This document shows, one piece after another, positions 1 to 10,206 of a DNA stretch of 64,000 bases; position 1 is the stretch's first letter, and every line of letters begins with the position of its first letter. The position numbers and the translations under genes are program-made. The notes beneath the pieces are model-generated. The model had not been told where the DNA came from. It worked only from the letters and a program-made list of their open reading frames with translations, and did no database searches. The DNA is from an uncultured delta proteobacterium. GTDB lineage: Bacteria > Bdellovibrionota > FAC87 > UBA2466. Where the stretch lies: positions 448,001 through 512,000 of the forward strand of contig CAVZSV010000004.1 in assembly GCA_963778115.1 (NCBI GenBank), in the 5' to 3' direction.

Positions 1-136
1 AGGGCAAAGGAACTCGATTATAAGCCAATAGACGAGGACTCTTCGAAGTTCCGCCCAGTTCGACAGCTTTGATGCCGGAGATCCCGATATCGAGACCGAC
101 GAGACGGCGTTTCAATAGGGAGTCTAAAAGACTCAT
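1..136 (-). CDS. pilM: Type IV pilus assembly protein PilM, N-terminal part (runs off the window)
   Basis: Not in the ORF track. Manual translation from ATG 136 gives MSLLDSLLKRRLVGLDIGISGIKAVELGGTSKSPRLLAYNRVPLP, matching the PilM/FtsA-type VGLDIGxxxIKAVEL motif. Confidence 0.8.
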   Translation of the reverse strand, partial: MSLLDSLLKRRLVGLDIGISGIKAVELGGTSKSPRLLAYNRVPLP

Positions 137-297
137 ACAGGTTCCTGTGAACCTTTCTCTTCCAAAATTACTGTTTAGTGATTATTTGCGGTGCAGAACC
201 GAAGGGAAAAATGACAAGACTTATGACTTAATTATAGCTCATACTTCATTTAACGCGCTAGCCAAATCTCCGACCAACGCGGGCCCTATCGCAGGCA

Positions 298-780
298 CTA
301 GGCGATAAATTCGAGGGATTCATCCACGTATTCGACGACCTGAGTATTCCCGAAGATGTCACCGACTCGAGTTCCGCTGTCCAGTGTCAATAATAGATAT
401 CCTTCCAATGCCACTGCCGGGATGGTCAGCACAATAAAGAAAAACCAGAGAAAAGGCGTCGAGGTAAAGAGAATCCCCAACACAAACGGAAGGTTTCGAA
501 GGGCGGAATTTCGAAACGAACAAGATAGGCCCGTGCCCATCTCCACGACGCGAAGCCCAATGATACGTTTACCGACGCTCTGCCCCACGCCAAATCCGTC
601 CTGCATCGCACAAAACAGCGCTGCTCCTCCAATCCCTAGAGCCGGCCAGATAGTTTTGCCCAAAAGGTACAGTGCGGTAACAATGATGAGATCTATCCCT
701 TTGGCGTTAAGCCGGTTAAAAAGTGTGGTTTGGGACTCCCCAAAAAAAATACTATTTCGATGACTCTTCGAATCTTTCAT
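298..780 (-). CDS. RDD family membrane protein
   Basis: RLNAKGIDL, GQSVGKRIIGLRVV, ALRN and RVGDIFGNTQVV motifs; hydrophobic helices. Confidence 0.85.
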   Translation of the reverse strand: MKDSKSHRNSIFFGESQTTLFNRLNAKGIDLIIVTALYLLGKTIWPALGIGGAALFCAMQDGFGVGQSVGKRIIGLRVVEMGTGLSCSFRNSALRNLPFVLGILFTSTPFLWFFFIVLTIPAVALEGYLLLTLDSGTRVGDIFGNTQVVEYVDESLEFIA

Positions 781-887
781 ATAGAAACCCTCGACGCTTC
801 CCCAAGAAGCCTTGACTGAGGCTCAACCCAGATCTTATGTGGAAGACACTATGAAAAAGTTTACACTCTATGAGGAGGGTCGTCATT

Positions 888-1349
888 ATGGCCGCGGGTA
901 GCGTTAATAAAGTTATTTTGATTGGAAGACTGGGAGCCGATCCCGAAGTTCGTTATACCAGCAATGGAGGGGCGGTTGCCAATTTCAACATGGCCACCAA
1001 TGAATCCTGGATGGACAAATCGGGACAGAAGCAAGAACGAACGGAATGGCATCGAATCGTAGTTTGGGGAAAGTTGGGAGAACTTTGCGGACAATACCTC
1101 TCCAAAGGGAGACAGGCCTTTATTGAAGGGCGTCTGCAGACACGGGAATGGACCGACAAAGAAGGTGGCAAGCGGTACACCACCGAAGTCATCGCCCAGA
1201 ACATTCAGTTCTTGGGAAGTCCAGGAACCGAACGCGGAGCATCAGCACAGCCCAGTGACTTCGGCGGCCCTTCCCCATCCGATTTCACTCCATCAGGACT
1301 TTCCGATGATTCTTCCAAAGGAATGACGGACGACGAAGTTCCTTTTTAG
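888..1349 (+). CDS. ssb: Single-stranded DNA-binding protein
   Basis: [33 protein letters not shown] and acidic tail DDEVPF; SD GAGGAGG upstream of ATG 888. Confidence 0.98.
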   Translation: MAAGSVNKVILIGRLGADPEVRYTSNGGAVANFNMATNESWMDKSGQKQERTEWHRIVVWGKLGELCGQYLSKGRQAFIEGRLQTREWTDKEGGKRYTTEVIAQNIQFLGSPGTERGASAQPSDFGGPSPSDFTPSGLSDDSSKGMTDDEVPF

Positions 1350-1360
1350 GGGCTGTAAGG

Positions 1361-1385
1361 AGCCCTTTCGCACAGCGAAAGGGCT
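1361..1385. terminator. Hairpin between convergent ssb and hemW, likely a bidirectional terminator
   Basis: AGCCCTTTCG-cacag-CGAAAGGGCT, a perfect 10-bp stem; U-tract is weak. Confidence 0.6.
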
Positions 1386-2514
1386 AATCCACCAGATCAC
1401 GAGTAACCGAATCGGCCAAGAGATACCCTTTTGGGGTGAGTGAGATTCGTGTGCCTTCCAAGGTGAGAAGCCCTTCGTTCCTAAAGAGTGAAAAACGCTT
1501 GGCCTGCGTGAGGTCGTAGCCGTACTTATCGAGAAACTCTAGGGCGCAGACTCCGCCAATCTTTCTCAACTCTAGAAAGGTGGCCTCTAAGATCGTTTGC
1601 GCTTGGGTGGAGTGCTCGAAATCGTCATCTTGAAAGCGATTCTCCTTCAGGTAGAGGTTGTAATCGGAGACCTGTTTGCGATGGTGAAAAGTAGCTTCCC
1701 AAAAAAAGCGACTCGCCGCTGAGGGGCCTATCCCCAGAAAATCTCCTCCACTCCAGTAAAGCAGATTGTGCTTAGACTCATGGCCAGGCAGCGCGAAATT
1801 AGAAATTTCGTAACGTAAATAACCCGCCAAAGCCAGCGCTTCCACACCCGCTTCATAGAACTCCGCGGACTGCTCGTCGTTCGGCAAGTCATGGTAGAGC
1901 GGATGAGCGGGCTTTAGGGTGAGTCCGTAAAAACTAATGTGCTTTGGACGGAGTTCCACCGCTTTGGCGATATCTTCTAGAACCGCCCGTCGCGTTTGTC
2001 CGGGAATTCCAAAGATCAAGTCGAGACTAAACTCATGAAAACCCGCCGATCTAAAAAGATGTACCGCATTAGCAATGGACTCCGCGGATCCTAGACGCTC
2101 CAATTTTTTTAGATTAGAAGCTTCAAAGCTTTGCGCCCCTAGACTGACTCGATTGATGGGGGTCCGCATCACCCTTTCCACAAATTCGCAAGATACCGTT
2201 TCAGGATTCGTCTCCAAAGTAATCTCAGCCGAATCGGCCACGCAAAATTCTTCAGATAACCCTTCCCAGATACGGGTCCAAACCGGAATCGGCAATAGCG
2301 ACGGCGTTCCGCCCCCGAAAAAGACACTGCGCGCGGGAGCCGCAAATCCTTTCTCACGAAGCCATTCTCCCGCAGAGCGAAGTTCGCGGACTACCGAATG
2401 AGCGAAGGGAGAAAAATCGGCCTCGTCGAAGCGCGTAAACGAGTAGAAATCGCAATACGAACACTTATGAACACAAAAAGGGATATGGACGTAAATTCCG
2501 AACGGGTTTGTCAA
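1384..2514 (-). CDS. hemW: Radical SAM heme chaperone HemW (HemN-like)
   Basis: YVHIPFCVHKCSYCDF (CxxxCxxC), GGGTPS, YEISNFA, HNLLYW. Start placed at TTG 2514 because the longer ORF overlaps the divergent gene. Confidence 0.92.
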   Translation of the reverse strand: MTNPFGIYVHIPFCVHKCSYCDFYSFTRFDEADFSPFAHSVVRELRSAGEWLREKGFAAPARSVFFGGGTPSLLPIPVWTRIWEGLSEEFCVADSAEITLETNPETVSCEFVERVMRTPINRVSLGAQSFEASNLKKLERLGSAESIANAVHLFRSAGFHEFSLDLIFGIPGQTRRAVLEDIAKAVELRPKHISFYGLTLKPAHPLYHDLPNDEQSAEFYEAGVEALALAGYLRYEISNFALPGHESKHNLLYWSGGDFLGIGPSAASRFFWEATFHHRKQVSDYNLYLKENRFQDDDFEHSTQAQTILEATFLELRKIGGVCALEFLDKYGYDLTQAKRFSLFRNEGLLTLEGTRISLTPKGYLLADSVTRDLVD

Positions 2515-2602
2515 CGAACGACCGATGCTGGTAGACTCTGAGCCATCAGATTCTTTTGCAGATTCGTCGCCAAAACGGCCAAGATCGAATGAGGAAACCA
2601 TC

Positions 2603-5230
2603 ATGCTGGAAAGATACACACTCAAAAACGGAATACCAGTCTTTATCGTAGAGAGCCATGCCTCTCCCGTAGTTAGTATCCAAGCCTGGGTAACGCGCGG
2701 TAGTGTTCATGAGAGCGCTAAGGTAGCGGGAATATCTCACTTTCTTGAGCACGCTCTGTTCAAAGGAACGCATCGCCGCAAGGTAGGAGAGGTTGCCGCT
2801 GAAATTGAAAGCCGAGGAGGTGAAATCAACGCTTTCACCTCTTTCGAAGAGACCGCGTTCTACACCACCTTGGCCAGCCGGTATTTCCGTGAGGGGCTCG
2901 ACATTATCGCCGACATGATGATTAACCCTCTCTTCGACAAAGAAGAGATGGTTCGAGAACGAGAGGTCATTATTGAAGAGATTAAGCGCGCTCACGATTC
3001 GTCCCAGAAAATGGTTTCGATGAACCTCTGGCAGGAGGCTTTTCCCAATACTCCTTATGGACGGCCCGTGCTCGGATTCGAAAGTACCGTAAAGAAAATC
3101 GATCACAAGACTCTTAAATCCTATTTTAATCAAAACTATCATTCGGGCTCGATGGCTTTGTTCATCGTGGGAGACGTGGAATCCAAAAAGGCTTTGGAAT
3201 TGGCTGCGACAAAGTTCGCTAAAGCAAAAAAAGGGGCGACGCAAGCTCCCCCAGTTAAATTTAAAGTACCCAATCATCCTTCGGTTAAAATAGTTTCCCT
3301 CTCCCGAGATCTTAAAGAGTGTCACCTACAGGTCGCCATCACGACGCCAGGAATTTCGGACCCTTCCATTCCTGCCATCGACATCATGTGCAGTGCCATT
3401 GGGCAGGGAGAGAGCAGCCGTCTCTATCAAAGACTTGTCAAAGAGACTCGGCTTGCGATGGAAGCCCATTTCGGTTTGATGGCGACCAGCCATTGCGGTC
3501 TTGCCTCTGTGCATTTACTGACTGCGCCCGAAAATATGGAAGCGGCCGTAAAGGAAGCTTTCACCGTTATTCAAAAGGCCGCCAAAGAGGGGCTAGATCC
3601 TGTAGAAATCGAGCGAGTCAAAACGTCATTGGAGTCCGACGTCATCGGCGGCAAAGAGACCGTCGAAGGCTACGCCAGAAGACTCGGCTATTACTACAGC
3701 GAATTCGGAGATCCGGAATACGAAGGCAAATACCTACAGTCCTTGCTATCGGTCGATCAAGTCCAGGCGACCGCGGCACTGGGTGAACTTTTGCAAAAGC
3801 GACCCGTGGTGTCTTTAGTTCACCCCACGGAAATGAAGCTGAATAAGAAATCATTAGCTGCCGCCATAGGTCCTAAGCCCGCAAGACCACTGGTTTTGGG
3901 AAAACACTTAGAGAGACCAGAAAAGACCACCGAAGGCGGAGTCAGTTACCTTACGAAACCGGTGACCACGTTGCCCGTCATCTCACTGCGCCTTCTGTTT
4001 CCCGGAGGTTCTCGCGAAGAGAGCAAAGACAAACTCGGTTTAGGAGCTCTTTTCGGTAGGCTTTGGACCTCTGGCACTCAGTCCTTTAACGCCCTTGGAA
4101 TCGCTCAGCTTTTAGAATCCCTGGGCGCTTCGGTACATGGCTTTGTGGGAAAAAACACCTGCGGGGTATCGGTCGAGTGTCTAGCCAAACATTGGAAAGA
4201 GGTGAAGCCGATTTTGTCTGAAGTGCTTTTACACCCGGCGTTTCCAGAAAGCGAAATCTCCACGGAAAAAGAGTTAATGCTCCGAGAGATTCTTGCGGAA
4301 AAGGATTCTCCCGGACAAATGTGCCAACATAATTTTCTAGCCGCCATGTACGGAGGCCACCCCTACGGAAGATCCCCCATTGGCACAAAAGAGACGGTGG
4401 AGCGACTGCAAGCCAGTGATCTAAAGCGTTTCTACACCGATTACATCCACCGCAAGCGCCTTGTGGTGTGTTCGGTCGGGAGTTTCTCGCCAGCACCTTG
4501 GATTTCAGATCTCAAATCCATCTTGAACCAATTGCCCGCTGAAGGAAAATCACCGACGCCGGCACTTCCCATCGAAAGACCCGCAACTTTGAAAATAGTC
4601 ACGGAAAAGAAGGAACCCCTCTTTCAATCACACTGTTTGGTAGGGTTTCTGGCGACCTCCTTTCAAGATCCGGAACGGTACGCCCTTAAACTCTTGTCCT
4701 CGTGTTTGGCGGGACAGGGTGGAAGACTCTTTCTAGAACTTCGCGACAAGCAAAGTCTGGCGTATACGGTAGCTCCCATGAATAGCGATAGCCCAGAGCC
4801 CGGGGTCTTTGGATTTTACATCGGCTGTTCCCCTGAAAAGTTGGATCGAGCCCTCTCGGGAATTAGATCCGAGATTGATAAGATTCTAGAAAAGCCTATC
4901 GACAGTAAAGAACTAGATCGCGCTAAGGAATATTGGATTGGCAGATTTGAATTGGAGCTACAACGCTACGGTGCCCAATCCATGCTCTATGCCTTGGACG
5001 AGATTTACGGTCTTGGTTTCGATCACTCTTACACGGTGCCCGAGATCATCAAATCGATTACGGCAAAACAGATACAAACCGCGGCACAAAAGTATCTTGT
5101 TCCCGAAAGAGCGGTAATGTCTATTGTCCACAATCAGGAGCTTAGCGACGAACGAGTCGCGCAAGCTTGGAATGTCCCGAGACCCAAATTGGTCAAAGCG
5201 CGGGAAAGAACGGTAAGTAATAGTCTCTAA
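2603..5230 (+). CDS. M16 (pitrilysin/insulinase) family zinc peptidase, two-half single chain
   Basis: Inverted zinc motif HFLEH, NAFTSFEET, RLFLELRDKQSLAY in the second half; SD GAGGA before ATG 2603. Confidence 0.93.
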   Translation: MLERYTLKNGIPVFIVESHASPVVSIQAWVTRGSVHESAKVAGISHFLEHALFKGTHRRKVGEVAAEIESRGGEINAFTSFEETAFYTTLASRYFREGLDIIADMMINPLFDKEEMVREREVIIEEIKRAHDSSQKMVSMNLWQEAFPNTPYGRPVLGFESTVKKIDHKTLKSYFNQNYHSGSMALFIVGDVESKKALELAATKFAKAKKGATQAPPVKFKVPNHPSVKIVSLSRDLKECHLQVAITTPGISDPSIPAIDIMCSAIGQGESSRLYQRLVKETRLAMEAHFGLMATSHCGLASVHLLTAPENMEAAVKEAFTVIQKAAKEGLDPVEIERVKTSLESDVIGGKETVEGYARRLGYYYSEFGDPEYEGKYLQSLLSVDQVQATAALGELLQKRPVVSLVHPTEMKLNKKSLAAAIGPKPARPLVLGKHLERPEKTTEGGVSYLTKPVTTLPVISLRLLFPGGSREESKDKLGLGALFGRLWTSGTQSFNALGIAQLLESLGASVHGFVGKNTCGVSVECLAKHWKEVKPILSEVLLHPAFPESEISTEKELMLREILAEKDSPGQMCQHNFLAAMYGGHPYGRSPIGTKETVERLQASDLKRFYTDYIHRKRLVVCSVGSFSPAPWISDLKSILNQLPAEGKSPTPALPIERPATLKIVTEKKEPLFQSHCLVGFLATSFQDPERYALKLLSSCLAGQGGRLFLELRDKQSLAYTVAPMNSDSPEPGVFGFYIGCSPEKLDRALSGIRSEIDKILEKPIDSKELDRAKEYWIGRFELELQRYGAQSMLYALDEIYGLGFDHSYTVPEIIKSITAKQIQTAAQKYLVPERAVMSIVHNQELSDERVAQAWNVPRPKLVKARERTVSNSL

Positions 5231-6239
5231 ATTTATCAACGATGGCAGAGCCTGAAACCTCGGGAACCACGGGGTCCTTTGACAGGCGGGGAAACTCCAT
5301 AAGACGCCGAGTGACCGTTCTTACCGACTCGGCAACGGCTTTGACGTTATAACCGCCTTCAAGGCAAAAAAGGATCTTACCTGAGTTAGCCTCCGCGGCT
5401 GCCATCAAGATATCGGCCATGACTGCGAAAGCTTCGGTGGAAAGTTGAAACCCTTGCATCGGATCTAAATAGTGACCGTCAAACCCCGCTGAAACCAAGA
5501 TCATATCCGCACAAAACTCTTTTAAAATGGGAAAGACGATTTCGCCGTAAAGCGCATAAAACACGTCGTCTCCGAAGGATCGATCCAAAGGAAAGTTAAC
5601 CGACGTCCCTCTCCCCTTTCCTTCCCCATTTTCTTTTAAGTCGCCGGTACCCGGATAGAAAGGGAAGCGATGAGAAGATAGAAAGAGGACGTTGGGATTG
5701 GAATAGAAAGCATCCTGGCTTCCGTTGCCGTGGTGCAAATCAAAATCTACGATCGCAAGACGAGCATTGGGGTTTTCTTCTAAAATTGCAGCCGCACACA
5801 ACGCCACATTATTGAGAAAACAAAATCCCATCGAGCGGCTTGGGGTCGCATGATGGCCCGGAGGTCTGACTAGCGAAAAGCCCCGCCGATATTGGCCCGT
5901 CCATATCCGAAGGGCCAGTTCCACGGAACTCCCGGCCGCAAGAAGTGCAGTCTCCACCGAGCGCGGGCCATAATACGTATCGGAGTCAATCCAACCCGAT
6001 TTTCCAGCCGCTAACGAGAGACGATCCAACAGCTCCTTGGTATGGACTCTCAGAAGTAGCTGCTCCTTAGCCGCTACGGGCTCAATCACAGACAACTCTT
6101 TAAAAGGGCCTTGAGAAAAAAGTTCAAAAAGAGGTTCTATTCGACCGGGATGTTCGGGGTGCGAAGCAGGTTCTTGATCTTTAAGACGATGGTCCAAGAA
6201 CTTTTTCGATAATACGATTCCGATATCCTGCGAGTTCAC
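5193..6239 (-). CDS. Histone deacetylase family (Zn-dependent acetyl-lysine/acetylpolyamine amidohydrolase)
   Basis: HPEHPGR, RPPGHHA, GFCFLNN, DFDLHHGNG, SAGFD, LEGGY; GTG 6239 overlaps the upstream stop codon (GTGA). Confidence 0.95.
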   Translation of the reverse strand: MNSQDIGIVLSKKFLDHRLKDQEPASHPEHPGRIEPLFELFSQGPFKELSVIEPVAAKEQLLLRVHTKELLDRLSLAAGKSGWIDSDTYYGPRSVETALLAAGSSVELALRIWTGQYRRGFSLVRPPGHHATPSRSMGFCFLNNVALCAAAILEENPNARLAIVDFDLHHGNGSQDAFYSNPNVLFLSSHRFPFYPGTGDLKENGEGKGRGTSVNFPLDRSFGDDVFYALYGEIVFPILKEFCADMILVSAGFDGHYLDPMQGFQLSTEAFAVMADILMAAAEANSGKILFCLEGGYNVKAVAESVRTVTRRLMEFPRLSKDPVVPEVSGSAIVDKFRDYYLPFFPAL

Positions 6240-6973
6240 TTTCTGCCTGATGAGGGAGGTTCCAAGAGCAAAGATTGAAAGTCGTTCCAAAGATCATCTA
6301 GACCCGCCGCCATTTCACGGGCCTGTTTCAAAGTCTCTTCCAGTATCCTTGGACGACGGCTCACCACATAAGAGATAGCGTTCAAAGACATGTGAGAAGT
6401 GTACTTAGGCAGACAGGATTTGGTCATCAGATGTAAATCCCCGCGTGAGGCGTGGCCCATAAAATGCGGCCCCAATGCCCTTTCAAAAGCACCCAACCAA
6501 TCTTTTTGTACCATCGAAATAAAACACCATGCTCCAAGCCCCGAAGCATAAAGTTTCCGAGACATTCTCATAAATCTTTGCGTCTGGGGGCGAGGTTCGG
6601 AAAGTAATGCCGAAACTTGTGCGGAGGACAATTTTTCTCCCACCCATTGAAATAATTTCTCCGAGTGACCTGACCACTCTCGCAAATCTTCCAACCCCTC
6701 TTCGGAAAGGTAGGGAACTAGAATCTCCCCTTGTCGTATGGCTCGCATCGCCACTTCGTACTGCAAGGTCAAGAGATTCCACCGGCAAGCGCGTGACAGC
6801 TGGGCGGTCGACATGTTCTCTATGGTAAGAAATAAAGAATGCTTTGACGGAAGAAAGCTTTCTGAGATCTCTTCCATTTCAAGTTGCAGAACGAGAGAAA
6901 CCTCGTCACTCAATTTGGCCGGGACATTGGGAATTTCACGAGATACTAGAGCTAGCCTATTGGTTTGCGTCAT
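6236..6973 (-). CDS. Hypothetical protein, translationally coupled to the deacetylase
   Basis: 245-aa ORF with an upstream GAGGA SD-like element; its stop overlaps the next start. Confidence 0.7.
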   Translation of the reverse strand: MTQTNRLALVSREIPNVPAKLSDEVSLVLQLEMEEISESFLPSKHSLFLTIENMSTAQLSRACRWNLLTLQYEVAMRAIRQGEILVPYLSEEGLEDLREWSGHSEKLFQWVGEKLSSAQVSALLSEPRPQTQRFMRMSRKLYASGLGAWCFISMVQKDWLGAFERALGPHFMGHASRGDLHLMTKSCLPKYTSHMSLNAISYVVSRRPRILEETLKQAREMAAGLDDLWNDFQSLLLEPPSSGRK

Positions 6974-7041
6974 GAACGCCGGTGTACCCCAGTTCCTCGG
7001 AAATTGCTAGTGCTGACGAAAAGGGGATATCCTAGTGCACC

Positions 7042-7078
7042 GAGATTGCTTCGCCGCTGGTAAATAAACCACGCTCCT
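7042..7078. repeat. REP/RPE-like palindromic element, partial copy
   Basis: GAGATTGCTTCGCCG (7042-7056) is the exact reverse complement of CGGCGAAGCAATCTC at 27569-27583. Confidence 0.6.
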
Positions 7079-7342
7079 CTTCGTTTCCTTCGACGCTACG
7101 AGATTGTTTTTTGGGTAATCACCTGGGCTCCTCACATGATTCGAATCATGTTGCAGTGACGTAAATACCGCAAAAAAAGTCACTCCAAAAACCCGTGGTA
7201 GAAATAGAACAACACGGAGGTTTGTAGGTGGAGACAAGATTTCATAGCGCTTTCTTTAAATAATAGTGAATTAGTAAGTCGATTTCGTCGGTCAGCAAAA
7301 GCCGAAAGAAAGATTCAAGCGCAGGTATTAGCTTACCTAGCT

Positions 7343-8152
7343 GTGATAGAGCAGCGAAAGATTTTTGCGGTAGAAGGGTATTCTTCTTTGTGTGGGTTTT
7401 TAGTGAAGGAGATGGGGTATTCAGAGCCGACCGCTCTGAAGCGCATTCAAGTCGCAAGGTGTGCCATTAAGTACCCTAGGATTTATTGGTATCTTGAGAA
7501 TAACAAAACTTCGATAACCGCACTCTCCGTGCTAGCTCCGCATTTGAATCAAAGTAATAACCAGAGGCTTTTAGAAGAGTGTTCGGGAAAGTCGGTCAGT
7601 AAAATCAAAGAAATCATTGTGAAGTATTATCCCAAGGCTGCGGTAGAGGATAGTGTTCATAGCCGTATCTCGCCTATCAATATCGACCAGGTGAACATTA
7701 CGTTTAGTGCGTCGAAAGCCTTTGCTGAGAAAGTAGAAAAAGCTAAGGCTATCCTCTCTCACAAGCACCCCAAGGCCAGATTAGAAGACATCTTCAATGA
7801 CGCGCTGGATGCGCTTCTTCAAAAACATGCTCCCAAAAAAGCTAGACACACAAAGCAAACCTCTTCTTCACCACAGAGCCGCCATCTTCCCCAGGCAATC
7901 AAAAACGAAGTCAAAGAAAAATACGAGGGGTGCTGTTACGTGTCGCCCTCAGGGGTTTGGTGTGGGGAAAAACGCTTTCCCGAGACTGACCACATCATTC
8001 CCTGGGCTATGGGAGGTAAACATGAATCGAGGAATGTGAGGTGGCTGTGTAGCACCCATAATCAGCTGGAGGCGGATAAGTTTTTTGGGAAAGCTTGGAT
8101 GGACCAATGCCGGGGGAAGAACAGACCGGAACAAGGTCAGTTGCTTAACTAA
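7343..8152 (+). CDS. HNH endonuclease domain protein with N-terminal helical domain; 5' end apparently frameshifted
   Basis: GYSSL..LGYSE..A.KRI.VAR-type N-domain; C-terminal CYVSPSG..C...DHIIPWAMGG.....N.RWLC..HN. Homologous-looking coding continues upstream to ~7241 with no in-frame ATG/GTG/TTG start. Confidence 0.85.
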   Translation: MIEQRKIFAVEGYSSLCGFLVKEMGYSEPTALKRIQVARCAIKYPRIYWYLENNKTSITALSVLAPHLNQSNNQRLLEECSGKSVSKIKEIIVKYYPKAAVEDSVHSRISPINIDQVNITFSASKAFAEKVEKAKAILSHKHPKARLEDIFNDALDALLQKHAPKKARHTKQTSSSPQSRHLPQAIKNEVKEKYEGCCYVSPSGVWCGEKRFPETDHIIPWAMGGKHESRNVRWLCSTHNQLEADKFFGKAWMDQCRGKNRPEQGQLLN

Positions 8153-8157
8153 CCATC

Positions 8158-8211
8158 CACTTTACGAGGGGAAGCGACTCGACCAAGCAATCCCCCTTCA
8201 GGAGGATGAGC
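8158..8211. repeat. Degenerate REP/RPE-like element copy
   Basis: GAAGCGACTCGACCAAGCAATCCC...GAGGATGAGC resembles GGAGCGACTCGGCGAAGCAATCTC...GAGGATGAGC at 27560-27600. Confidence 0.55.
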
Positions 8212-8374
8212 GTCTTAAAAAGAGCTCTCCATTTTCCTCGGTTCACCGTCTAAGTTTCATACGACCGACTGAAAGTTAGACAGTTTTTTCTACAGAATCT
8301 TAGGCACACAAAGCTGATTTTCCCAATCAATTCACGGTCTATTTTTTGCACGTATTCTTAGTAAATACGCCTTT

Positions 8375-9271
8375 ATGGATACCCGAAAGCATAGTCTTAG
8401 CCTTCTGTTCGTTATCATCGCACTGATGATGGCTTCCTTTGGCCTTAGCGACGAAGATCCCTCGCTGCATGGGCCAGTGAACAAACTTATGTACATGTAC
8501 GATGTGTACTATCTGCCTTTTAGCGTCGAATTTCGCGAAGGCCGAACGGTTAACGATATTTTGCCGTACATTAAAAATTCAAGCGGCGAATCTAGAATTA
8601 TAAAAGCCGAAGAATTACAAAATTTGGATTCGCAATGGGCAACGATCAAAGAGCCGTGGAAAGATCATTCCCTTTTGCAATCCACCCAAGTGGCAGCCAA
8701 CAGTACCGTTCGTATTAGCTCCCATTTAGTTTCCCATCGCATTGGAATCACCAGATCCGCTTTCGACAATGTTTCCATTTCTGAGCGCATTCAGCTGGCG
8801 GAGCTCTTAAAAGAAAAACCTCCGGAAGTTCAGGCAGCCTTCAAGCAACTAACCTTTTTGCGCTCGTTATTAGGTCCTAGCGACAACGGGCGATTTAACT
8901 TTTTTGTCTTTTCCGCTAGCTGGTGTGATAGCTGCAAAGAGTATCGAGTTTTGCTAGAAAACTATTTGAGAAACTTCTCACAAAGCGACGTAGTACTTCA
9001 CTCAGTAGTCATCGACGATCCGAAAGAGGAGATCTTTGAGCGCCCCCTTTTGAAAGAGCTTTTTCCTAATCCCAAGAAATATTCCCATGAAAGTATCCCT
9101 CGCTTTGCCGTTCTAGAGTTTATTGAAGGCAAGCCCCACGTATTAGAAGAAGGAGAAGCCCTCCAGGCGCTGTACGAAAGGTATTTGAAGCCTCACCGCG
9201 GATATATGGATAATAGAGCTACCCTCTTTAAGTCCCCCATCACAAGAGCCTTGTCTTCTACCTCCCGATAG
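8375..9271 (+). CDS. Exported protein with C-terminal thioredoxin-like domain
   Basis: N-terminal signal peptide; FSASWCDSCK (WCxxC) and a downstream cis-Pro-like SIPRF segment. Confidence 0.7.
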   Translation: MDTRKHSLSLLFVIIALMMASFGLSDEDPSLHGPVNKLMYMYDVYYLPFSVEFREGRTVNDILPYIKNSSGESRIIKAEELQNLDSQWATIKEPWKDHSLLQSTQVAANSTVRISSHLVSHRIGITRSAFDNVSISERIQLAELLKEKPPEVQAAFKQLTFLRSLLGPSDNGRFNFFVFSASWCDSCKEYRVLLENYLRNFSQSDVVLHSVVIDDPKEEIFERPLLKELFPNPKKYSHESIPRFAVLEFIEGKPHVLEEGEALQALYERYLKPHRGYMDNRATLFKSPITRALSSTSR

Positions 9272-9288
9272 CCTTTTAATAACGCTAA

Positions 9289-10206
9289 ATGGACTCTCGC
9301 ATCGAGAAATGGCGCTCTCATGAAATTTATTTTGGAACTTCGAGCTGGAAGTACGAAGGCTGGAAAGGCAGTGTCTACCTTAGAGACTATCCTAGCGACA
9401 AGAAGTTCAAAGACGAGTGCCTTATCGAATACGCCGAGCATTACCCCACGGTGGGAGTCGACCACACCTACTACGCTTGGCCAAGCCCGAACGGATTTCA
9501 GAAATATGTCGACCAAACGCCGGATAATTTCCGCTTCGGACTTAAAGTGACTGAAAAGCTAACCGTCTGGCAGTACCCCAAACTTCCTCGCTACGGAAAG
9601 GATGCGGGAACGCTAAACTCCTCATTCCTAGATCCGGTACTCTTTAAAGAAAACTTCTTGGATGTGCTAGCCCCTTTCCACTCGCGGTTAGGCCCGCTGA
9701 TGCTAGAATTTTCGCAATTTTATCCGGGAACCATTTCAAGCGGTTCTGAATTTACCGAACGGCTTGATAAGTTTTTCACCGACTTGTCCCAAATATCAGA
9801 ACAGAGATTTCAATTTGGCATCGAGATCCGAAACAGTAATTGGCTAAAGCCTCCCTACTTTGAAATGCTAGTCCGTCACGGAGTCGCCCACGTCTTTAAT
9901 AGTTGGACTCGAATGCCCGACCTTGGTGAACAATTAGCCGCAACCTCCGGCTTCGATTTTCCCTGCTACCTAGCTAGGCTCTTGCTTCGACCAGGACGAA
10001 AGTATGAACAAGCCGTAGAAGCCTTCTCCCCCTACGATCGCATTCAAGATGAACAGCCCGAATTGAGAAGCCATGCGGCGACTCTAATAAAGCGCGCGCG
10101 CCAATGTGGAAGACGGGCCTTTGTCTTCGTGAATAACCGCTGTGAGGGAAGCGCTCCTCTCACTATTAACGGGATTTTAGATGAATTGGAGAAAACCAAA
10201 GACTAG
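9289..10206 (+). CDS. DUF72 (YecE-like) protein
   Basis: IYFGTSSWKY, TYYAWP, FRFGLKV, IEIRN, FVFVNN. Confidence 0.92.
   Translation: MDSRIEKWRSHEIYFGTSSWKYEGWKGSVYLRDYPSDKKFKDECLIEYAEHYPTVGVDHTYYAWPSPNGFQKYVDQTPDNFRFGLKVTEKLTVWQYPKLPRYGKDAGTLNSSFLDPVLFKENFLDVLAPFHSRLGPLMLEFSQFYPGTISSGSEFTERLDKFFTDLSQISEQRFQFGIEIRNSNWLKPPYFEMLVRHGVAHVFNSWTRMPDLGEQLAATSGFDFPCYLARLLLRPGRKYEQAVEAFSPYDRIQDEQPELRSHAATLIKRARQCGRRAFVFVNNRCEGSAPLTINGILDELEKTKD

Noticed and set aside
8334..8350. Additional sigma54 promoter (CGGTCTATTTTTTGCA)
   Set aside because: Spacing fits, but the -24 box lacks TGGC, so it is too weak to call.
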